A stretch of 58,389 nt of DNA, taken from positions 1-58,389 of the forward strand of contig CAUZMC010000005.1 in assembly GCA_963580875.1 (NCBI GenBank). Reading direction: 5' to 3'. The stretch is from Dehalococcoidia bacterium. GTDB taxonomy: Bacteria > Chloroflexota > Dehalococcoidia > Lucifugimonadales > UBA2985. The notes under the pieces are model-generated. The model was not told the origin of the DNA, searched no databases, and saw only the letters and a program-made list of their open reading frames with translations. Below, piece after piece: positions 50,424-58,389 of the stretch. Each line of letters begins with the position of its first letter. Position 1 is the first letter of the stretch. Made by a program: the position numbers and the translations under genes.

Positions 50424-50682
50424 AACCACCTCCTCTAAAGAGATCCATTTTAACAGCATACCTTTCCATGTGCCAGGCAATCCAACGTACCATCCTGTGT
50501 GCGACCGGCACGAACTGGCATGGTAAATACCGTAACTGATATACTACCGGCAATAAGCTGGTACCAGCGCCCTACACGCGGCGCCCGTGAGTGGCTACTG
50601 CACTTTCGCCTGAGCGCCCGTACAAAGAGAATCCTCATTCACAATCGGCCCAGAATCAGGGCCACGGACTTGGATTAAACGT

Positions 50683-51876
50683 GTGAACAATAAAAGAGAA
50701 CGCGCACTTTATTTAATAGGTATTCCGGCAGGCCACGGCGCAGTCGACGCAGGAACCGCCGCGCTCTGGATAATTGCGCCAGCCATCGCCGTAGGAATGG
50801 GGCTCAGCTCAACCCAAGTGGGGCTTATATTCACAGTAATCGCTGTCTCCGCAGGAATCTCCCACATCCCCGCCAGTCTAGTTGGGGAGACACGGTTCCG
50901 TGGAGTTTTTCTGCTCAGTACCTTCTGGTGGGTGGCAGGGGCATATCTAGCGGCTTCCCTGGCGCCGGGCTATTTGGCACTGCTAGTCTTCGTTGCACTA
51001 GCATCATCGGGAGCCGCGTCGTGGCATCCGGTTGCCATGGGCACACTGGTAGAACATATGCCGGGACGGCGCGGTGTCGCTCTGGCAGTTCACTTTGTCG
51101 GTGGATCAATCATGGAGGTACTGGCACCAATTGTCGCAGGGCTGCTTCTCGTCGTTATGGACTGGCGCAGTGTAGTTCAAATCATGGTAATACCGGCTCT
51201 GATTATGGGCGTACTCTTCCTACGCCTACACCGCTGGATACGCCCGCCAACAATGGGTTCCGTGTCGCTGAAAGACCTGAGGACCCAGGTCAGGTTGGTC
51301 TGGAAACCAGCCAGCATGGCGGGCCTGGGTATCCTGGGACTTCACAGTATGGCGATGGTAGCCCTGTGGAGCATGACCCCATTATACCTGATTGAAGAGC
51401 GTGGACTCTCATCCGGCATGACTGGAGTGCTATTCTCAGTCATGGTCCTTTCTGGGAGCCTGGGCGCTGTGCTTCTTGGTCGTCTATCGGACAAGCGAAA
51501 CCGCAAGATTATGACAGTAGCAATCCTTGTGGTTGGTGCGACCTCACCTATTCTAATACTGTTGGCCCCAACACTTCCGGTGCTCATAGCTGCCCTAATG
51601 CTGGCTGGATTGATAATTATGGGCCTATTACCAACCCTTATAGCGACTGTCTTAAGCATCGTTGGTGGGCGTCAGATGGTAATGATTGGCCTCATCATGG
51701 GTACGGGCGAGGTGGTAGGTGCTCTGGGGGCATTGCTGGCAGGAGCAGCCGGAGAGACAGACCTACGTCTGTCTCTCCTAGTGGTATCTATCATAGAAAT
51801 CAGCTGCGCATTCCTCGCATCCGTCCACCCATTCACACCAGTCATGACAGATAACACGGCTGCCGAAGCCCCGTAA
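50683..51876 (+). CDS. MFS transporter (Fsr-like)
   Basis: GHGAVD, WHP, GRRGVALAVH and GRLSDKRNRK; about 12 TM segments. Confidence 0.88.
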   Translation: MNNKRERALYLIGIPAGHGAVDAGTAALWIIAPAIAVGMGLSSTQVGLIFTVIAVSAGISHIPASLVGETRFRGVFLLSTFWWVAGAYLAASLAPGYLALLVFVALASSGAASWHPVAMGTLVEHMPGRRGVALAVHFVGGSIMEVLAPIVAGLLLVVMDWRSVVQIMVIPALIMGVLFLRLHRWIRPPTMGSVSLKDLRTQVRLVWKPASMAGLGILGLHSMAMVALWSMTPLYLIEERGLSSGMTGVLFSVMVLSGSLGAVLLGRLSDKRNRKIMTVAILVVGATSPILILLAPTLPVLIAALMLAGLIIMGLLPTLIATVLSIVGGRQMVMIGLIMGTGEVVGALGALLAGAAGETDLRLSLLVVSIIEISCAFLASVHPFTPVMTDNTAAEAP

Positions 51877-51922
51877 CGCTCAGCCCTAAAAGGAACATTA
51901 CTGACAAAATACCGCACACTAC

Positions 51923-52468
51923 TTACATGTTATGGTCTGTGAATTTCTCCTGATCTGGGTCCTGCAACCCAGCCTCTTTGAATTCCTGACTGTAGCGCTG
52001 ATAATCTGCCGAAGTTTTCTCCATACGCTGTAAATGATGCTCCATGACAGTGCTCCGCACCTCCGCAGGAACACCAACAACAAGGGAATTCTGAGGGATT
52101 TCCACACGCTCAAGTACCACTGCTCCAGAGGCGATTAATGAGTGGTGTCGAATATTGGAGTACCCATTGATCGTGGCTCCGTTACCAATCAGGCAATGAT
52201 CTTCCACGGTAGTAGCATGACACATAACGCTATGTCCTACGGTCACGTAATCCCCATAAGTACAGTTTTCGTCAGCATGGATAACGCTATTGTCCTGAAT
52301 GTTTACGAATTTGCCTATTTTTATCTTATATCTATTGGCTCGTATGATCGTTCCTGGCCAGATGCTTGAACCCTCCCCTATCTCCACATCGCCAACAACA
52401 TAGGCTGCTTCACTGACAAAAGCCGTTGGATGAATCCTTGGGGTTTTATCTCCAAAGCTTCGTATCAC
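51923..52468 (-). CDS. Gamma carbonic anhydrase family (YrdA/PaaY-like) hexapeptide-repeat protein
   Basis: PRIHPTAFV, NIQDNSVIH, TVGHSVMCH (three His) and GVPA. Confidence 0.93.
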   Translation of the reverse strand: MIRSFGDKTPRIHPTAFVSEAAYVVGDVEIGEGSSIWPGTIIRANRYKIKIGKFVNIQDNSVIHADENCTYGDYVTVGHSVMCHATTVEDHCLIGNGATINGYSNIRHHSLIASGAVVLERVEIPQNSLVVGVPAEVRSTVMEHHLQRMEKTSADYQRYSQEFKEAGLQDPDQEKFTDHNM

Positions 52469-52550
52469 TGTGCCCTCCTTGTTAATTCACTACTCATCTT
52501 AATGCTCTGCCCAAGTTCACATACGTAGATACACAAAAATTATCACATCC

Positions 52551-53210
52551 CTAAAGTTGCTCTTGATCTGTAGCCGGCTGTTCCTGGTAGTAATCCGCAA
52601 TCTGTCTGAGCTCAGCAGGAACAATATCGTCCCAATCTATACTTTGAGCCGTTTGCCTCAACATTCCCACCATCAGAACGATTTCCTGAGTTAACTTACC
52701 GCTTTCGCTATCTAAAGCAGTTTCAAACCACACCACTGTTACCCTCTGTGCGCGGTCATCTGCAAACAAACCCTCCAGTACAACCATGATGTAACCATGT
52801 AAAGTCCCAATATCAGCGCTGTTCTGTAAATCTATCCCATTCGACACCATACCAACAATTGGGTCTTGAACGGAGTCGCCAAACTGTGTGCCAAGATACT
52901 GGACCTGACCAGCTCCTCCGTATTCTCTCAGGGAAGCATTCACACTGCTACCTATCCATTGCTGGTAAACCTGGTCTTCAAGAACGGCAGTAGTATCACT
53001 GGAGTCGCCATCGCCGTCCAATAAGCCCAGCAGTGGCAACAAAGTAGCCCCTATAAAGGCCAAGAACATGAGAGCCCCGCCGATCTTCAGAATCGATATA
53101 CCAGATTTCCTCGGCGATGAATGCAGATCCTCCAAATCTTCTATATCCCGAGGATCAGGATATTCCCAATCCTCATACTCATCGCCAGGATCCGAACGTT
53201 TATTTAGCAT
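52551..53210 (-). CDS. Hypothetical single-pass membrane protein
   Basis: Acidic N-terminus, one TM helix, and a soluble C-terminal domain of about 150 aa. Confidence 0.75.
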   Translation of the reverse strand: MLNKRSDPGDEYEDWEYPDPRDIEDLEDLHSSPRKSGISILKIGGALMFLAFIGATLLPLLGLLDGDGDSSDTTAVLEDQVYQQWIGSSVNASLREYGGAGQVQYLGTQFGDSVQDPIVGMVSNGIDLQNSADIGTLHGYIMVVLEGLFADDRAQRVTVVWFETALDSESGKLTQEIVLMVGMLRQTAQSIDWDDIVPAELRQIADYYQEQPATDQEQL

Positions 53211-53353
53211 AGTAAGGTTTTTCTATTAAACAATGTGTGGGCACAATAAAAAGGCCTTTACTAGTGCCCCAATGCCTTTAAAATCTCGATAAAAATTCCA
53301 GCCTGTAGATTCACTTAAATAGAATCCATACACACGACAAGTTTGGGTGATTT

Positions 53354-53429
53354 TGGTCGGGGTGATCGGATTCGAACCGACGGCCTCTACGCCCCGAACG
53401 TAGCGCGCTACCAACTGCGCTACACCCCG
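53354..53429 (-). tRNA. tRNA-Pro(CGG)
   Basis: Acceptor CGGGGTG/CACCCCG, anticodon arm CTACG-TTCGGGG-CGTAG, GGTTCGAATCC and an encoded CCA. Confidence 0.97.
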
Positions 53430-53439
53430 ACGTTCCATA

Positions 53440-54414
53440 TTATACTCCGCCTTCTTCTATAACTTCCACCACTGATGAATCAGATGCAGTATTCTTTGCA
53501 AGCTCTTTTCCCTCCAGCATTGATATATCAGCCCCATACATGTCCCTCAGAACGTACATAAAGGCCATCAACCCTGGACTGTAGTACTGCGCTCGCCGAA
53601 CCATCACTGAGGTAGGAAGCGACACCAAATGTCCTTCCTTCAAGGGTATGAGGCACAGACTGCCACGCTCCAACTCATGCTTCACGCTGCTGCGTGGCAG
53701 AAAGGATATCCCCATACCAAGCTCAACTAAGTGTTTGGTCGCCTCTATGCTGTCTAGGGTCATCTCAACTCTTGGTAATATGCCAGCTTCTCTGCACACT
53801 TGACCAATAAGCACAAAGTAGGAGGAGTCCCTATCATATAGAATCAAGGGCTCGCGAGCGACTTCGTAAATGCTCGCCTCGCCTCTCATAACAAATGGAT
53901 GCTGCGGACTGGTGGCCAAACAAATATCTTCGTCGTAGATATGGATTGTCACCACGTCCGGATGAGTCAGCATACGCGACATCCCAACATGCACTTCTTC
54001 ATCAGCTACCATCTGAAGCACATTGGATGAGCGTCCTATATTTATCTGCACCTTAATATTTGGATACTCTTGGCGAAACCTCTCCAGAATGGAAGGAAGT
54101 GTATATGTGCCTATTGCCCGTGCCGAGGCAATGTGCAGCACGCCTCCGAAGGCATCCCGCTTGGTGTCTATAACATCGCGCCCCTGGCGCAGGGTCTCGA
54201 TAGCGCGTTCAATATATGGAAGAAAAGCCTTGCCCATCTCCGTCAAACGCACGCCACGACCCATCCTATGAAACAGATGAACCCCCAACTCCTGCTCCAA
54301 TGCATGCACTCTGGCACTCAGAGAGGGCTGCGATAAAAACAGTGACTCCGCAGCTCTGCGAAAACTCCCCCGCTCCGCAGCCGCCAAAAAGGCTTCCAGT
54401 TGTGCCAGTTCCAT
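53440..54414 (-). CDS. LysR-family transcriptional regulator
   Basis: HTH SFRRAAESLFLSQPSLSARVHALE..LGVHLFHR plus a LysR substrate-binding domain. SD AGGAGG. Confidence 0.95.
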   Translation of the reverse strand: MELAQLEAFLAAAERGSFRRAAESLFLSQPSLSARVHALEQELGVHLFHRMGRGVRLTEMGKAFLPYIERAIETLRQGRDVIDTKRDAFGGVLHIASARAIGTYTLPSILERFRQEYPNIKVQINIGRSSNVLQMVADEEVHVGMSRMLTHPDVVTIHIYDEDICLATSPQHPFVMRGEASIYEVAREPLILYDRDSSYFVLIGQVCREAGILPRVEMTLDSIEATKHLVELGMGISFLPRSSVKHELERGSLCLIPLKEGHLVSLPTSVMVRRAQYYSPGLMAFMYVLRDMYGADISMLEGKELAKNTASDSSVVEVIEEGGV

Positions 54415-54498
54415 TAGATTCCCTCCTGAGCATGAAGACACCATGCCCATTTAATCTCCATACACTACATCAAACATTAATCCTACAAGTTATAGCTT

Positions 54499-54521
54499 AG
54501 TGATAGCTTTAGGCTATCACT
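54499..54521. promoter_or_regulatory. LysR-type operator (ATAG-N7-CTAT inside a 9-bp inverted repeat)
   Basis: AGTGATAGC-TTTAG-GCTATCACT between the divergent lysR and aceA genes; contains T-N11-A. Confidence 0.75.
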
Positions 54522-54667
54522 GCAATAGAAAAGACCGTCGTTGCATTATAGCTCACATACGATATACTCATATATCGAATGTATCTAATGATTCATACAC
54601 TTTTTTTCATAGATAGATGTACGTGGATAAAACTAGCTAACGAGAGATGAGAGAGAGGATATCTAAC

Positions 54668-55960
54668 ATGAGTAACAACGACTCGGATACTGCCAAACAG
54701 GTAGCGGATCTCAAACAACGCTGGGCCACAGACCCGCGCTGGAAGGACGTCAAGCGTGACTATACCGCAGAAGACGTAGTAAAGTTGCGCGGCAGCGTAA
54801 TGATCGAGAACACATTGGCAAAGCGTGGCGCAGAGCGCCTGTGGCGTCAACTGAATGAAGAAGGCTACATAAGAACCTTCGGAGCATTGACAGGAGCACA
54901 GGCAGTCAACATGGTCAAGGCTGGCCTACAGGCTCTCTATCTAAGTGGATGGCAGGTCGCTGCAGATGCCAACCTCTCATCACAGACCTTCCCTGACCAG
55001 AGCCTGTACCCTTCCAATAGCGTCCCTGCAGTGGTCAAGAGGCTCAATAACGCCCTCATGCGCGCCGATCAACTCCAGACCCTTGATGGAGGGACAGACA
55101 TAGACTGGTTCGCTCCAATCGTGGCAGACGCTGAAGCTGGCTTCGGAGGAGCCATCCACGCCTTTGAGTTAATGAGAGGCATGATAGAAGCCGGAGCAGC
55201 GGGCGTTCACTATGAAGACCAACTTGCTGCGGCCAAAAAGTGTGGACACATGGGCGGCAAGGTACTAATCCCAACCAACATGTTCATCCATACTTTAAAC
55301 GCGGCAAGGCTAGCAGCGGACGTCCTTGATGTGCCAACCATACTGTGCGCTAGGACAGATGCACGTGGAGCCACCTTGCTCACCAGCGACATTGATGACA
55401 GGGACAAGGAGTTCACCACCGGAGAACGAACCCCAGAAGGCTACTACGTAGTAAGAGACGGATTTGATGCCGCAGTAGCCAGAGGACTAGCGTACGCTCC
55501 ATATGCAGACATGCTGTGGTGTGAAACTTCAGACCCGGACTTGGACGAAGCCATTGCTTACGCCGAAGCAATCCACGCTCAGTATCCCAACCTTATACTG
55601 GCATACAACTGCTCGCCTTCATTCAACTGGAAGGGCGCTCTGGATGACAAGACCATAGCCAAATTCCAGGACGAACTGGGCAAGGCAGGCTACAAGTTCC
55701 AATTCATAACACTTGCTGGCTGGCACATGGTCAACCTGAACGCCTTTGAGTTGGCTCATGAGTACCGGACAGAAGGCATGTCTGCTTATGTGAAGCTACA
55801 GGAGCAGGAATTTGCTAGAGAAAAGGACGGCTACACTGCTTCCAAGCATCAGACAGAGGTTGGCGCAGGCTACTACGACGCAGTTCTGCTTAGCATCAGC
55901 CCTGACCTTGCCGCCACCGCTGCCTTGACCGGCTCAACAGAGTCGGCCCAGTTCAGCTAG
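54668..55960 (+). CDS. aceA: Isocitrate lyase
   Basis: [47 protein letters not shown] and HQTEVG. Confidence 0.98.
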   Translation: MSNNDSDTAKQVADLKQRWATDPRWKDVKRDYTAEDVVKLRGSVMIENTLAKRGAERLWRQLNEEGYIRTFGALTGAQAVNMVKAGLQALYLSGWQVAADANLSSQTFPDQSLYPSNSVPAVVKRLNNALMRADQLQTLDGGTDIDWFAPIVADAEAGFGGAIHAFELMRGMIEAGAAGVHYEDQLAAAKKCGHMGGKVLIPTNMFIHTLNAARLAADVLDVPTILCARTDARGATLLTSDIDDRDKEFTTGERTPEGYYVVRDGFDAAVARGLAYAPYADMLWCETSDPDLDEAIAYAEAIHAQYPNLILAYNCSPSFNWKGALDDKTIAKFQDELGKAGYKFQFITLAGWHMVNLNAFELAHEYRTEGMSAYVKLQEQEFAREKDGYTASKHQTEVGAGYYDAVLLSISPDLAATAALTGSTESAQFS

Positions 55961-55990
55961 GCCATCGCAAATAGGCAACTCTCTATATAA

Positions 55991-56036
55991 GCAAAAAGGA
56001 GGAGTCAGGCAAATTGCCTGACTCCTCCTTTTTTGC
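55991..56036 (+). terminator. Intrinsic (potentially bidirectional) terminator after aceA
   Basis: GCAAAAAGGAGGAGTCAGGCA-AAT-TGCCTGACTCCTCCTTTTTTGC. Confidence 0.9.
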
Positions 56037-56057
56037 ATAACAAAAAAGGAGATTACT

Positions 56058-56216
56058 GTGCCCCAAAACAAACAGATTTCAGAGGATGAACTCTATGAAA
56101 TCGAAGCTCTAATACTAGCCTTCTATAGCCACGGTTGCGACACAAACCTGAACATGAAGGCTCTCGCCGTCTCTTCACAGTCGCAGATGAGACATAGCAT
56201 TACCAAGCTCCAATAA
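56058..56216 (+). CDS. Possible small protein (52 aa); absent from the ORF track
   Basis: AAGGAG-N6-GTG. Translation: MPQNKQISEDELYEIEALILAFYSHGCDTNLNMKALAVSSQSQMRHSITKLQ. Confidence 0.4.
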   Translation: MPQNKQISEDELYEIEALILAFYSHGCDTNLNMKALAVSSQSQMRHSITKLQ

Positions 56217-56275
56217 ACCAAGTAGTGATAACATCTAAAGAGCTACCTCACCCAGTCCTCCACGCATAAATCATC

Positions 56276-56304
56276 TTGACAACCATATACTCATTTCCTA
56301 TACT
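56276..56304 (+). promoter_or_regulatory. Sigma70-type promoter of groESL
   Basis: TTGACA-N17-TATACT. Confidence 0.85.
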
Positions 56305-56315
56305 GATTAACAGTA

Positions 56316-56342
56316 TTAGCACTCTACAAGCCAGCCTGCTAA
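56316..56342 (+). promoter_or_regulatory. CIRCE element (HrcA operator), two mismatches in the right arm
   Basis: TTAGCACTC-N9-GCCTGCTAA versus consensus TTAGCACTC-N9-GAGTGCTAA, located between the promoter and groES. Confidence 0.85.
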
Positions 56343-56383
56343 TGCTTCACTAGTTAATAGAAACATACTAAAAGGAGGAAATA

Positions 56384-56677
56384 ATGAACCGAACATATCA
56401 ACCATATGGAGACCGAGTTCTAATTAAACCCGCCGATCGAGAAGCAGTATCCGCTGGAGGAATCCTTCTTCCCGACACAGTTCAGGAAAAGCCTCAGGAG
56501 GGCAAAGTAGTGGCCGTAGGACCTGGACGTACTGCCGACGACGGAAAGCGCATAGCAATGGAATCCAAGGTTGGCGACCTTGTGGTCTATTCCAAGTACG
56601 CAGGAAGCGAAGTTAAAGAAGAGGGCGAGGATTATCTGCTTCTTAGGGAAAATGATATCCTTGCAAAGATATCTTAA
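56384..56677 (+). CDS. groES: Co-chaperonin GroES
   Basis: [30 protein letters not shown] and YSKYAG. Confidence 0.98.
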   Translation: MNRTYQPYGDRVLIKPADREAVSAGGILLPDTVQEKPQEGKVVAVGPGRTADDGKRIAMESKVGDLVVYSKYAGSEVKEEGEDYLLLRENDILAKIS

Positions 56678-56697
56678 TCATAGCTTGTTGAAGTTGA

Positions 56698-58323
<1,626 letters not shown>

Positions 58324-58362
58324 GAGAACCTAAAAACACACTATTAGACCACTTCTAAGAAA

Positions 58363-58389
58363 AGAGAAGGGCCACTCCATAATGGAGTG
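58363..58389 (+). terminator. Probable groEL terminator, cut by the window end
   Basis: CACTCC-ATAAT-GGAGTG preceded by a purine-rich arm. Confidence 0.5.

Noticed and set aside
50595-50625. Glycine riboswitch upstream of ltaE
   Set aside because: Only a CTCAGG-like 3' fragment is present; the GGAGA and CCGAAG elements are absent.
53226-53438. 70-aa ORF MERRGVAQLVARYVRG...
   Set aside because: It is a translation of tRNA-Pro and its trailer.

Overview
Ordinary chromosomal window from a bacterium with moderate GC. Gene content suggests Chloroflexota, probably Dehalococcoidia/SAR202-like; this is inference from the MFS, SDR and CoA-transferase paralog load, the zinc-ribbon plus RRM gene pair and a GroEL without a GGM tail. 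Housekeeping genes: typA (5'-truncated), an ABC-F ATPase, topA-xerC, a Fur-family regulator with znuACB-like genes, yggS, qor, ltaE, a LysR-aceA divergon, CIRCE-groESL, tRNA-Asp(GTC) and tRNA-Pro(CGG). About 30 kb holds catabolic and redox genes with eight MFS transporters. I saw no CRISPR array, prophage or IS. The most interesting signals are missed by the ORF track and are mostly translational. (1) A glutaredoxin-like gene ends ...GEG-TGA-GCG-TTC-TGA followed by a well-placed SECIS-like hairpin, i.e. a probable U-x-x-stop selenoprotein; a Cys-containing paralog lies 34 kb away. (2) Two genes appear to start at ATT: the ABC-F ATPase and a 76-aa orphan with a perfect SD. (3) There are two further SD-supported small ORFs. 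(4) A 100-aa duplicated zinc-ribbon block is nested inside the first CxxC knuckle of TopA. (5) There are several candidate structured RNAs and operators.
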